53,849 nt of DNA from a bacterium (GTDB taxonomy: Bacteria > UBP18 > UBA7526): assembly GCA_030615855.1 (NCBI GenBank), contig JAUWYL010000001.1, positions 1 to 53,849 of the forward strand. The letters are read 5' to 3'. Made by a program: the position numbers and the translations under genes. Positions 24,399 through 34,639 of the stretch are shown one piece after another. How positions within the stretch are numbered: position 1 is the first letter of the stretch; each line of letters starts with the position of its first letter. The notes under the pieces are model-generated. The model made no database searches and was not told where the DNA came from. It worked only from the letters and a program-made list of their open reading frames with translations.

Positions 24399-25730
24399 AT
24401 GAAGAAAAGTATTAAGAGAACTGAGGTCTTGGAAAGAGCGAGGTATGGTTTAATGGTTGTAGGTCTATTTGCGGTGATGGCTCTGGCTTTTTCCACAGGA
24501 ACTTGGGCTGTTGAGTTGACTGCTGATGAGCATACCGTTGCTCTGTGGCACTTTAATGAGGGTTCTGGGAATATTGTCTATGATGAGAGTGGAAATGACA
24601 ACCATGGAACAATTCACGGCGCAACCTGGGCAACAGGTATGTTCGGCCCTGCCCTTCAATTCGATGGTGTGGATGACTATGTTGAAGTTCCTGCTTCAGC
24701 AAGTTTGGATATTACTGATGCGATTACACTTGAAGCGTGGATATATATGACTGGATGGTCCGAAGTAGGTTCTCCCATTCATAATGTTATCCTTGCAAAA
24801 AGGATACGGACAGCTAACTATCAGTATCATGTAAAAAAAGTTACTGGGCAAGAATATGGTTATTTAGGTTGGTATAGCAGTGCTACAAAAGATTCAACAT
24901 CTGGTACAAAGTTATATCTCAATAATTGGTATCACGTTGCTGCTATATTAGACGATACTAATAACATTTTGAAGTTTTATGTTAATGGTCAGTTGAGTTA
25001 TGAAAATGCCGCTTCTACTGTTACTTTATCTACAAATAACGCACCTTTAACAATTGGAACAGATAATTATTTAATAATGACCATGTTTAACGGCACCGTC
25101 GACGAAATTAGGATTTCGAATGTGGCGAGAACGGCAGAAGAGATAGCAGAAAGTGCTTCTCGGAATAAACAGCCGATTGCAGATGCTGGGAATGACCAGG
25201 TCATCTTTATCAACGAGGGGGTTACTCTTGATGGAACCAATTCCTACGATCCAGAGGGAACACCTCTCACTTACACCTGGTATGAAGACGAAGAGATAAT
25301 CGCTACCGAACCAACTGTAACCCTGACTTACACCGAGGCTGATATTGGCATCCATTACTATCAGCTGGTGGTCAACGATGGAGAACTGGATTCCGAACCA
25401 GATACTGTTACCATTGGCGTGGCTGGAGAGGGAAGACCAAAGCCAAATATGACCTTCAGGCTTAAGCATATGAGCATTAATTGGAAAGAGCATCCAAGAC
25501 TGAAGACCCACGGCCGCCTGAGATTTGAGTTAGAATTGCCAGAAGACTATGATTATCAGTCCATGGATCCTGATGCTGAAACGATCATAACAGTTGAGAT
25601 CCCAACACAGGATGGGGAATATGCTGTTGGCCAGGATAGAATAACCTTCAGGGAATACAGAAACTACTGGCTCTACCACCTATTGCCTGCCCATCCCCCA
25701 AAACCACCGAAACCTCACGGTCGGCGCTAA
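24399..25730 (+). CDS. Secreted LamG-like plus PKD-like domain protein
   Basis: Signal peptide; LWHFNEGSG...DESGN...FDGVDDYV...GTVDEIRIS; PIADAG.DQ...LDGTNSYDPEG..LTY.W. Confidence 0.85.
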   Translation: MKKSIKRTEVLERARYGLMVVGLFAVMALAFSTGTWAVELTADEHTVALWHFNEGSGNIVYDESGNDNHGTIHGATWATGMFGPALQFDGVDDYVEVPASASLDITDAITLEAWIYMTGWSEVGSPIHNVILAKRIRTANYQYHVKKVTGQEYGYLGWYSSATKDSTSGTKLYLNNWYHVAAILDDTNNILKFYVNGQLSYENAASTVTLSTNNAPLTIGTDNYLIMTMFNGTVDEIRISNVARTAEEIAESASRNKQPIADAGNDQVIFINEGVTLDGTNSYDPEGTPLTYTWYEDEEIIATEPTVTLTYTEADIGIHYYQLVVNDGELDSEPDTVTIGVAGEGRPKPNMTFRLKHMSINWKEHPRLKTHGRLRFELELPEDYDYQSMDPDAETIITVEIPTQDGEYAVGQDRITFREYRNYWLYHLLPAHPPKPPKPHGRR

Positions 25731-25760
25731 GATTTCAACGGGTTAACCACTAAATAACAG

Positions 25761-25830
25761 ATTACCCGATATCCATTACTCGTAACCCATTACTCGTAAC
25801 TCGTAACTCGTTACCCATTACTTAATCACT
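25761..25830. repeat. Orphan heptamer tract (ACTCGTA/ACCCATT)
   Basis: ccattactcgtaacccattactcgtaactcgtaactcgttacccattac. Confidence 0.75.
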
Positions 25831-25843
25831 TAAAGGAATTGTT

Positions 25844-25912
25844 ATGGATACTGTACACAGGGTAGCAAGGAATACTGGGGTAATTGTTCGTCTATTTTAT
25901 TTAGGAGCCTAA
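25844..25912 (+). pseudogene. Truncated N-terminus of a flippase paralogous to 30625
   Basis: MDTVHRVARNTGVIV versus MGTVHRVAKNTGVVI. Confidence 0.75.
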
Positions 25913-25918
25913 AGAGCC

Positions 25919-27463
25919 TTGAAAGACACTACCTATAATATAAGTATCTCACAGAAGATTATAAGAAATACGATTTTTAATATTATTGGTCGTTTCTGGG
26001 GAATATTAGTTGCTTTAGTTTTAACCCCTTACATTATTGGCCATATTGGAATTGAGAGGTTTGGAATCTGGGCGATTGTTGGGGTGCTTACTGGTTATTT
26101 TGGCCTGCTTGATTTTGGGATAGGAACCTCTTTTGTAAAATATATCTCCGAATTTTATACCAAAAAAGATTATGAAAAGATAAATCAGGTGGTCAACACT
26201 GGTTTTATCTTTTATTCAATATTTGCAGTACTAATTATTACTTTGGCCTTTTTTATTATTAATCCTTTGCTTAATTTCTTTAACATCCCGCAAGAATTGC
26301 ATAACGAAGCATTATTTGTCTTTCTGCTCGGGATTATCCTCTTTGCTATTTCCAATGCTTTAAGTCCCTTTAGAACAGTCCAAACTGGTTTGCAGCGAAT
26401 GGATATTAGTAATAAAGTGGCAATAGCCGTCTCTATACCTATGGTTATTGGAACAATCTATTTTTTAGAGGCAGGATATGGACTACCAGGATTGATGGTT
26501 AATAATGCTATTATACTTGTTATAAGTAGTATAATCAGTATCATTATCGCTTTCAAAATATTACCCGAGTTAAGATTCAATCCGTTTTTATTTAGTAAAG
26601 GGATGTTTAAAAAATTATTCAGTTTCGGATATAAGATCCAGATAACTAAAATTGCTTCATTGTTTCATCTTCATCTTGACAAAATTCTTATAGCATATTT
26701 TTTAAATATTGGATTTGTTGCTTACTATGCCATTGCACAAGGTTTAACATCCAGAATTAGCGAGATACCTTCGATGCTGATATCAGCTATTATGCCTGCC
26801 GCCTCAGAATTAGATGCCAAGAGTGAAAAAGGGAAACTTCAGGAATTGTATTTTCGGTCTATGAAATATCTCATTTTGGTTGGAATACCTACATTTATAG
26901 TAGTTTTTACTTTTGCCCATCCATTCATACGTATCTGGTTAGGTGCTGGTTATGATAGAACTGCTATTACATTACAATTGTTGCTTGTTGCGAGTTTTAT
27001 TAATCTTTTGACAGGTCCCGGGTTTTATATTTTCAACGGTATAGGAAAACCGCAATATGGAATGTATATATCTGTCCTCTCTACGATAATGAAGTTGACT
27101 CTAAGTATTATTTTAATTATCAAATTTGGATATTATGGAACCGTTTTAGGGACTTGTATCTCCTTCATTATTTGTTCAACAATTTTTTTAGTTCTTTTCC
27201 ATAAGATTACAAATATAAGTCTTGTCCAAACTGCAAAAAAGGTTTTCTTCTTGCCTTTTTTGGTTGGGTTAGTTTCTTTATTTATTCCTTTGCTCATATT
27301 TGAGCAAATTGGAAACTATTCACTGGTTTTTATCTGTTTAACAGGAACTCTCTATATGTGCATCTATGGATGGCTAATTTGGAAAAGCGGCTATATTAGT
27401 GTTTCTGATATAGAACTTTGCAAAAAATTACTACCGGCAATAACAAAATACAAGGAGTTTTAA
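25919..27463 (+). CDS. Wzx-like flippase (MATE/MOP superfamily)
   Basis: NTIFN, LLDFGIG, DKILI; many TM helices. Confidence 0.9.
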   Translation: MKDTTYNISISQKIIRNTIFNIIGRFWGILVALVLTPYIIGHIGIERFGIWAIVGVLTGYFGLLDFGIGTSFVKYISEFYTKKDYEKINQVVNTGFIFYSIFAVLIITLAFFIINPLLNFFNIPQELHNEALFVFLLGIILFAISNALSPFRTVQTGLQRMDISNKVAIAVSIPMVIGTIYFLEAGYGLPGLMVNNAIILVISSIISIIIAFKILPELRFNPFLFSKGMFKKLFSFGYKIQITKIASLFHLHLDKILIAYFLNIGFVAYYAIAQGLTSRISEIPSMLISAIMPAASELDAKSEKGKLQELYFRSMKYLILVGIPTFIVVFTFAHPFIRIWLGAGYDRTAITLQLLLVASFINLLTGPGFYIFNGIGKPQYGMYISVLSTIMKLTLSIILIIKFGYYGTVLGTCISFIICSTIFLVLFHKITNISLVQTAKKVFFLPFLVGLVSLFIPLLIFEQIGNYSLVFICLTGTLYMCIYGWLIWKSGYISVSDIELCKKLLPAITKYKEF

Positions 27464-27466
27464 TTT

Positions 27467-28789
27467 ATGAAAGTAACTTTAATTTATCCAGGAATAGGTA
27501 TTAAGGGCTTCGGAAAAACAAAACTATTTCCTCTTGATGGAGAACTACAGTGGATTCAACATGGTATTGCTTCCATAGGGGCATATGCAAAAAGAGAAGG
27601 ATATGAAGTAGATTTAATAGATATGAGAACCTTAAATTCATGGGAACATTTTAAAAACATAATGACTCTCAAAAGTTCAGATGTAATAGGTATCTCTGTA
27701 TCATATCTGGATTATAAGTCAGCATTAAAAGCTTTTGAAGTGATCAAAACAATAAATCCAAAGATAGAAACTGTAGCAGGTGGTATATTTGCTACACTAT
27801 TTCCGCAAGAACTTTTGAAAAATGATAATATTAACTATGTGATTACAGGTGAGGGTGAAATTACTTTTACAAATCTCTTAGATGCTTTAAAAAAAGGAGA
27901 GTCCTTCTCAAGAATATCTAAGGGTATAACTCCTGATTTGGATTTTCTTCCTAATATAGACAGAGAATTATTTGACTATAAAAGAGAACTAAATTGTTAC
28001 TTTGCTCCTCGGCATCCTTTTCCTCATGTAACTATGATTGCCGGAAGGGGTTGTCCATACAACTGTTCTTATTGCCAGCCTGCGGAAAGATCTGTATTCG
28101 GGCGTCATTTTAGAATGAGAAGTGTTGAGAATGTAATTCAAGAATTGCGAGATTTAAGGGGCAAGTATGACTTTAAGAGCATCACATGGTGGGATGATAC
28201 CTTTACGGTTTCTCCCAGTTGGATATATAAGTTCTGTGATGCATATAAGAAAGAAGGATTTAATGCAGAAATGCTTGCTAATAGCAGAGCCGATATAATA
28301 TGTAAAAATGAAGAAATGATAAAAAGACTTTCAGAAGTAGGATTAAATTGGCTTGTAATAGGGTTTGAAAGTGGCAATCAAAGGATCCTTGATCTTCTTA
28401 GAAAAGGAACCACAGTAGAGCAGAATTATAAGGCGGCTGAGATATGTAAAAAGTATAAAATTAAGATATTAGCAACCTTTATGATGGGGCTTCCGACTGA
28501 GACCAAAGAAGAAGTAAAGGATACAATAAGAATGATAAGAACTATAAAACCGGAGCAGCCGGGTCCTTTTTATTTTACACCTATTCCAGGAACAGACATT
28601 TATGATTATTGTATTAAAAATGACCTGTTGTTGAAAGATGATCCTTTTGAGATACAGAGGACAGGAAATTTTATTCCTAAAATTAAAGGAGTGGATTATA
28701 AATTTTTGGATACTTTGAGAGCATCTCTCTCATCTAGGACATTATTGTCGAGGATTGCAAGGAGGATTGCAAGAGCATTATTTGATTAG
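27467..28789 (+). CDS. Cobalamin-binding radical SAM protein
   Basis: B12-binding N-terminus, GEGE, RGCPYNCSYC, DDTF, GFESG. Confidence 0.9.
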   Translation: MKVTLIYPGIGIKGFGKTKLFPLDGELQWIQHGIASIGAYAKREGYEVDLIDMRTLNSWEHFKNIMTLKSSDVIGISVSYLDYKSALKAFEVIKTINPKIETVAGGIFATLFPQELLKNDNINYVITGEGEITFTNLLDALKKGESFSRISKGITPDLDFLPNIDRELFDYKRELNCYFAPRHPFPHVTMIAGRGCPYNCSYCQPAERSVFGRHFRMRSVENVIQELRDLRGKYDFKSITWWDDTFTVSPSWIYKFCDAYKKEGFNAEMLANSRADIICKNEEMIKRLSEVGLNWLVIGFESGNQRILDLLRKGTTVEQNYKAAEICKKYKIKILATFMMGLPTETKEEVKDTIRMIRTIKPEQPGPFYFTPIPGTDIYDYCIKNDLLLKDDPFEIQRTGNFIPKIKGVDYKFLDTLRASLSSRTLLSRIARRIARALFD

Positions 28790-28791
28790 GA

Positions 28792-29766
28792 TTGGAAACT
28801 GACAAAATGACTCCAAAGGTCTTAATTATCATCGTTAACTGGAATGGTAAAGAATATCTCAATGACTGTTTGAGGTCTGTCTTTAACCAATCATATGAGA
28901 ATTTCAAAGTTATTTTGGTTGATAATGGTTCAACGGATGGTTCTATAGAATTTGTTAAAAAAATTTATTCTGATGTGGAAATCATTCCTCTTGATAAAAA
29001 CTACGGATTTGCAAAGGGAAATAATATTGGTATAGAAAAGGCTTTAAAAGACGAAAAGGTGCAATATATCGTTTTGTTAAATAATGATACTAAAGTTGAG
29101 CCACAATGGTTAGAAGAACTTGTGAAAGTGGCAAAATCGGATGAACAGGTGGGTTCCTGCCAGCCCAAAATGCTATCGTTAGCTAATCCGAAGATGATCG
29201 ATGCCCTTGGGATATCGATTACCAAAAATGGTGGGGCTATTCAGGATGGTTATGGAATAGAGGATACCGGGCAATATAATCAAGTTAAGGAAGTGTTTGG
29301 GGCTTGTGCTGGTGCAGCATTATACAAAAGAGAGATGTTATCTCGAATTGGGCTATTTGATGAAGATTTTTTTGCCTATTATGAAGATGTCGATCTCGCA
29401 TTACGAGCTAGATTAGCGGGATGGAAATGTATGTACGTTCCCAAAGCAGTTGCCTATCATAGGCATTCTGCTACTGTTGGAAAAACCTCTTCTTTCAAAA
29501 TATATTTTCTTGAAAGAAATAGATATTACTACATAATCAAAAACTTACCGACAGAGATTGTACTTAAATTTTTAATAAGAAAACCCAAAGCTATTACCAT
29601 AACAATCTTAAGGTGTATTAAAAATAGAGGGTTTCGGTTGCTTGGTTATTATTTAAAATCAAATTTTGATGCAATTAAGAATGTTCCAAAGATGTTCAAA
29701 AAAAGAAAGAAAATATTATCCGCTCGTCTTATTCGGGACGAAGAGCTTAAAAAGTGGTTTAGATAA
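28792..29766 (+). CDS. Glycosyltransferase family 2
   Basis: IVNWNG, VDNGSTDGS, NYGFAKGNN, LLNND, YYEDVD. Confidence 0.92.
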   Translation: METDKMTPKVLIIIVNWNGKEYLNDCLRSVFNQSYENFKVILVDNGSTDGSIEFVKKIYSDVEIIPLDKNYGFAKGNNIGIEKALKDEKVQYIVLLNNDTKVEPQWLEELVKVAKSDEQVGSCQPKMLSLANPKMIDALGISITKNGGAIQDGYGIEDTGQYNQVKEVFGACAGAALYKREMLSRIGLFDEDFFAYYEDVDLALRARLAGWKCMYVPKAVAYHRHSATVGKTSSFKIYFLERNRYYYIIKNLPTEIVLKFLIRKPKAITITILRCIKNRGFRLLGYYLKSNFDAIKNVPKMFKKRKKILSARLIRDEELKKWFR

Positions 29767-30614
29767 TGATTTCTATAGTCTGTACCTACAATGATGAAGA
29801 AATTCTAAGAGATTACTTGCTTAAGAGTCTTAAGGATCAAACAGTTGAGTTTGAGTTAATAAAGATAGATAATACCAGAAATAGATTTAAGTCAGCAGCT
29901 GAAGCGCTTAATTATGGCGGGGAAAAGGCAAAGGGCAAGTATATAATGTTTGTCCACCAAGATGTGGATTTATGTTCCAGCACGTGGCTTAAGGATGTAG
30001 AGAGAATCTTAGAATCCATACCTGATTTAGGAATCGCGGGTATAACGGGTATGAATGAAGAGGGCAAGAAACTAAATGTAATAAAACAAAGCATACCCCC
30101 TCGCTGGTTGCCTCATATTCCTATTCAAAAACCAACAAGGGCACAGACAGTCGATGAATGTTTGGTAATAATTCCTAAATCTATCTTTGATATGCTCCCT
30201 TTTGATGAGACTGTTTGTGATGATTGGCACCTCTACGCAGTAGACTACTCTCTCAGCCTAAAGGAATGGGATAAGGGCGTTTATGTAATCCCGGTAGTTA
30301 TACATCACTTATTTAAATCTTACATTAAATATCCTGAATCTGTAGTTGCCCGTATTAAAGACTATTTTCAAACTATTTTATCTCTTGGTTCACTCCCCAC
30401 GGGCTATTACCAAACTTTACCTAAGGTATTAAAGAAACATAAAAAATATTTCAAATGGATTTATACCACCTCTGGGATATGGAATAGTTCCTATCCCTTA
30501 ATTCTGCAGAGAGTTATTATATTGATTAAAGAAGCATTGAAGTATCTCTTGATAAAGCTAGGCGTAAGATATTTATGGAAGAAGTACTTGAAAAAGAAGA
30601 AGAAAGCTATGTAA
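29766..30614 (+). CDS. Glycosyltransferase (GT-A, Glyco_tranf_2_5-like)
   Basis: SAAEALN.G, FVHQD, VDEC, WHLYAVD. Confidence 0.8.
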   Translation: MISIVCTYNDEEILRDYLLKSLKDQTVEFELIKIDNTRNRFKSAAEALNYGGEKAKGKYIMFVHQDVDLCSSTWLKDVERILESIPDLGIAGITGMNEEGKKLNVIKQSIPPRWLPHIPIQKPTRAQTVDECLVIIPKSIFDMLPFDETVCDDWHLYAVDYSLSLKEWDKGVYVIPVVIHHLFKSYIKYPESVVARIKDYFQTILSLGSLPTGYYQTLPKVLKKHKKYFKWIYTTSGIWNSSYPLILQRVIILIKEALKYLLIKLGVRYLWKKYLKKKKKAM

Positions 30615-30624
30615 AGAGATTGCT

Positions 30625-32055
30625 ATGGGGACAGTGCATAGGGTAGCGAAGAATACGGGCGTAGTTATAGCTGGTAAGAGCATCAGTGTATTAATTGCCT
30701 TGATAACAGTAATCTTACTTACCCGTTATCTTGGGGCGCACAACTTTGGAATCTATTCCTTTATCTTCGCTTATTTAGGGTTTTTCGTCATTATTACAGA
30801 TTTAGGGATGAGCCAGATATTAATAAGGGAGATTTCTCGGGATAGAGCAAAGGCAGATAGACTCATTGGCAATGCTATCATTATGAGGATTATTCTCTCC
30901 CTATTTGCCCTTGGCTTGGCCTGTCTCATCATCTCCTTTCTTCAATATTCCTTCAACACAAAGTTATTAGTCTACGTTGCCTCTTTAAATCTTCTCTTGT
31001 CCTTTAGGATGATATACGGCTTGATATTTGAGGTTAATTTAAGGATGGGGTATCCTTATATGGTTGGCATTTTTAGCAAACTTCTGAGGTTGGCTCTATT
31101 CCTTTGCCTTATCTTCTTAAAGGCTCCTATTCTCTGGTTTATAATTGCAGGAATTATTAATATTCTCCCCGAGATTTTTCTTATTCGGCATTTATCAAGA
31201 AGATTTGTCAGACCAAGATTTGAGATTAATTTGGAAATGTGGAGATACCTCTTCAAGGAATCCTGGCCTTTAGCTCTAACAACAGCCTTTATTATGATTT
31301 ACACCAGGATTGACCAACTGATGCTCTTCCAGATGAAAGGTGCCCAGGCAGTAGGTTATTATTCTGCAGCGGTCAGGCTACCAGAAACGTTAGTTATCTT
31401 TCCCTCAGCATTTATGACCTCTGTATTTCCTTTAATGTCACGATATTTTAAGACCTCAAGGCAATCCTTAACTCAAGCATATACATTAAGTTTTAGATAT
31501 ATGTTAATGCTTATCATTCCTATTGCTACGGGAACGACCTTGTTATCCAGACCGATAATCTCTTTAATCTATGGTGAAAGTTTTCTCCCCTCAGTTTCTG
31601 CTTTATCTATTCTAATTTGGTCTGAAATATTTGTTTTTTATGCATTAATCCACTATGAAATCTTGATTTCTGTTAATAAACAGAGGGTATATTTGCTTTT
31701 CGCCGGTACCGGAGCAGTAGTCAATGTGATACTTAATTTAATACTGATACCCAGATATGGGATTGTAGGGGCGAGCATTGCCACCCTTATCTCTTATATC
31801 CTAAGTGCCGGCCTTATTATAGGACATTTATTGCCTGCTACCAGGGTATATAATGTAGTCGGGTGTCAATCTATGCTGAAGCCATTGGCGGCCTCCATTG
31901 TAATGGGGGTCTATGTCTATTATATAAGGTCTCATTTAGCCCTGGCCATTATTGGAGGTGCGATAATCTTTATCCTGACAATGCTCCTTATTCGAGGACT
32001 CAATCGACAGGATATCCAATTGGCAAGGGCTCTCTTTCGTAAAGAAAAAACCTGA
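30625..32055 (+). CDS. Wzx-like flippase
   Basis: VAKNT, RYLG..NFG, DLG, RIDQLML, VGYYSAA. Confidence 0.9.
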   Translation: MGTVHRVAKNTGVVIAGKSISVLIALITVILLTRYLGAHNFGIYSFIFAYLGFFVIITDLGMSQILIREISRDRAKADRLIGNAIIMRIILSLFALGLACLIISFLQYSFNTKLLVYVASLNLLLSFRMIYGLIFEVNLRMGYPYMVGIFSKLLRLALFLCLIFLKAPILWFIIAGIINILPEIFLIRHLSRRFVRPRFEINLEMWRYLFKESWPLALTTAFIMIYTRIDQLMLFQMKGAQAVGYYSAAVRLPETLVIFPSAFMTSVFPLMSRYFKTSRQSLTQAYTLSFRYMLMLIIPIATGTTLLSRPIISLIYGESFLPSVSALSILIWSEIFVFYALIHYEILISVNKQRVYLLFAGTGAVVNVILNLILIPRYGIVGASIATLISYILSAGLIIGHLLPATRVYNVVGCQSMLKPLAASIVMGVYVYYIRSHLALAIIGGAIIFILTMLLIRGLNRQDIQLARALFRKEKT

Positions 32056-32071
32056 TAAAAAGGGATAGATA

Positions 32072-33148
32072 ATGAAAATTCTATTAGTAGCTCCTCAATC
32101 AAAGGATACAGCATTAGGAACAATCGGTGGCTACTGTAAAAAAGGCTTAGAAAATCTCGGTTATGATTTAGAAGTCTTTGATTTTCGACAAAGTCAGTAT
32201 TTGAAAAGCCCTATAGGCGCCTTTTTTAAAAAAGGTATAAAAAAAATTTCCCCTTTTCCACCTCGGGGAATTCCTTTCATTAATTCTATAGAAAGAGAAA
32301 AGATGAATAAGTCTTTATTGGCAATAACTAAAGAATATCAACCTGATATTGTTTTTTTCTTAATGGCCGGTACCATTTTTCCAATTTTCCTAGAGACTTT
32401 GGGAAAAATTAAAAAATCAAGAATAACGACTGTTAATTGGTTTCATGATACAGTTCTTGCTCCGATATGCAAAGATTATGTCCAAGAAAGCTCCCCATAT
32501 TATGACTATTTCTTTATCATCGATTCTGAAGATGTTTTGAATTATATAAAAATTGGCGCAGGCTGCGTTAAAACCATCCCTTTAGCCTGTGATCCCGAGG
32601 TCCATAAAAGGATAGATTTATCGGAAGAAGAAAAGAGGATATATGGTAACGAGGTTTGCTTTGTGGGAACGCTAAAATATAATCGAGAGAAAATATTGGC
32701 CCAGTTATTAGATTTTGATCTGGGTATCTGGGGTCATTGGTTAAAGAGAAGTCCGAAATTGAAGAGATGCTATCGTAGGCAGCATGTTTACGGAGAGGAA
32801 ACAGTTAAGATATATAATGCTTCAAAGATTATCCTTGATATCCCAATTTCTTATGGAACAGAGGATAAGGCCTTTTATTTCACTCCACGAGTATTTCAAG
32901 TACCAGCTTGCGGAGCATTTCTTTTGACAAATGAAAGTTCATACCTCTCCGATCTATATGAAATCGGCACAGAAATAATCTGTTATAAAGATGAAAAGCA
33001 GTTAAAGGAGATGATAAAACATTATTTAAAGCATCCAGAGGAACGAAACAGAATAGCCCAGAAAGGTCAAGAAAGGGCCTATCGTGACCATACCTATGAG
33101 AAAAGGCTAAAAGAAATATTTTCAATTGTAGGGAAAAAGGAGAGATAA
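32072..33148 (+). CDS. CgeB-like glycosyltransferase (GT-B, Glyco_trans_1_2)
   Basis: PLACDP, FVGT, YNASKI, RVFQVPACG, HTYEKR. Confidence 0.85.
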   Translation: MKILLVAPQSKDTALGTIGGYCKKGLENLGYDLEVFDFRQSQYLKSPIGAFFKKGIKKISPFPPRGIPFINSIEREKMNKSLLAITKEYQPDIVFFLMAGTIFPIFLETLGKIKKSRITTVNWFHDTVLAPICKDYVQESSPYYDYFFIIDSEDVLNYIKIGAGCVKTIPLACDPEVHKRIDLSEEEKRIYGNEVCFVGTLKYNREKILAQLLDFDLGIWGHWLKRSPKLKRCYRRQHVYGEETVKIYNASKIILDIPISYGTEDKAFYFTPRVFQVPACGAFLLTNESSYLSDLYEIGTEIICYKDEKQLKEMIKHYLKHPEERNRIAQKGQERAYRDHTYEKRLKEIFSIVGKKER

Positions 33149-33152
33149 AAAA

Positions 33153-33503
33153 TTGAAATTATCTATAGTTATTCCTGCGTGTAATGAGGAAAAGACGCTT
33201 GAGAAAGTTGTTAAAGAAATAAAGAAGGTATTACAAAAAGAGAATATTTGTAATGAAATTATCATTATCGATGATAACAGTGTTGATCAAACAGGAAATA
33301 TTGCTGACTGGAAACTGCTTCTTCAACATCTCCTTTTTATTCCCGCAAGGCTCGTTGTTTCACTCTTAAAAGGTAAGATTACTTCTTTGATAGGTTTTAT
33401 TTATGCTTTGAAACATCTAAAGGAAGTAATTAGAAAAAGAAGATCTGAAAAACAATTTGCAAGAATAAATGATAATGAAATTTTTAACCTTTTTAAGGAA
33501 TAA
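33153..33503 (+). pseudogene. Internally deleted or chimeric GT2 remnant
   Basis: About 52 aa GT2 N-terminus (VIPACNEE...IDDNSVD.T) joined directly to a GT2-type C-terminal tail; catalytic middle missing. Confidence 0.7.
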
Positions 33504-33507
33504 TTAA

Positions 33508-34632
33508 ATGATGATAAAAAAGATAAAGGTTGCCTTAGGTATTATTACCAGAAAAGTTCTAACTGGGCCAATAGAGGTTTCGGTTGACCTTACCAGAAAG
33601 TGTACCCTTGATTGTCTTATGTGTTGGTGGTGGAGTCCACTCATAAAGAAACACCCTTCTTCAGAATGGGCAAACCAAGAGATGGATTATGAATTATTCA
33701 GAGAGTTAATTGAGGACTTTAAAAAGATCCAGGTAAAAAGGATTATCCTCGGTGGACAGGGAGACCCATTCCTATATCCCAGGATATTGGATGCTGTCGA
33801 AATAATTAAGAAAGCAGGCATGGAGGTAGCCCTGATTACCTGTGGGGCTTATTTTAATGAAAAGAGAATAAGAACTATTTTTGACTTAGGGGTAGATAGT
33901 TTGGATGTCAGTTTGCAGGCAGCAACCGCAGGAACCTACCTAAAGATACATCCCGGGCAAAAGGAGGAAACCTTTAAGAGAATCAAGAACCAGCTAATTC
34001 TGTTAACCGAACTTAAAAAGACCTTTAATCAGACTGTTCCTAAGGTAAGGATAATACATGTAATTTGTAATCTTAACTACCAAGAGACGGTAAAAATAAT
34101 TGAGCTCGCTAAAGAGGTGGGTGCAGACTCGATAGGTTTTAAAAGGTTAGATGTTATTCCGGAAACAAGAGGGCTTCTATTAACTAAAGAACAATTAGCT
34201 GAATTAAGAGATTTATTGAATGAAGCAGAGAAGAAGGCTATGGAGTTAGAAATAGATACTGCTATTAGCACTTATCGAAAATACATTCTGGAGGGTCTAA
34301 CCACAGGAGTCTATACTACCGATTTCTACTCCCGTATTCCTTGTTATGTAGGTTGGCGTTCGGCAAGAATTCTATCAGATGGAAATGTAATTCCCTGTTG
34401 TGGATGCTACGACCTTATTTTGGGAAATATATTTTATTCTTCTTTTATCACCATCTGGAATTCCGAGAAATATCATAGATTTCGACAGCAAGCAATAGGC
34501 ATAAACAAAGAGACTCTACTTCAGGAGGGATGCAAATGCTACTCTTGTGTAGACTATGGTCCGAATCTGGGAATTTATCGCAAACTGCATCCCATTAAGG
34601 CAAAGAAAATTTCTAAAGAGGTTATAATCTAA
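33508..34632 (+). CDS. Radical SAM protein with SPASM/twitch domain
   Basis: CTLDCLMC; PCYVGW...DGNVIPCC...GNI...W...C.C..C. Confidence 0.88.
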   Translation: MMIKKIKVALGIITRKVLTGPIEVSVDLTRKCTLDCLMCWWWSPLIKKHPSSEWANQEMDYELFRELIEDFKKIQVKRIILGGQGDPFLYPRILDAVEIIKKAGMEVALITCGAYFNEKRIRTIFDLGVDSLDVSLQAATAGTYLKIHPGQKEETFKRIKNQLILLTELKKTFNQTVPKVRIIHVICNLNYQETVKIIELAKEVGADSIGFKRLDVIPETRGLLLTKEQLAELRDLLNEAEKKAMELEIDTAISTYRKYILEGLTTGVYTTDFYSRIPCYVGWRSARILSDGNVIPCCGCYDLILGNIFYSSFITIWNSEKYHRFRQQAIGINKETLLQEGCKCYSCVDYGPNLGIYRKLHPIKAKKISKEVII

Positions 34633-34639
34633 AATCCGT

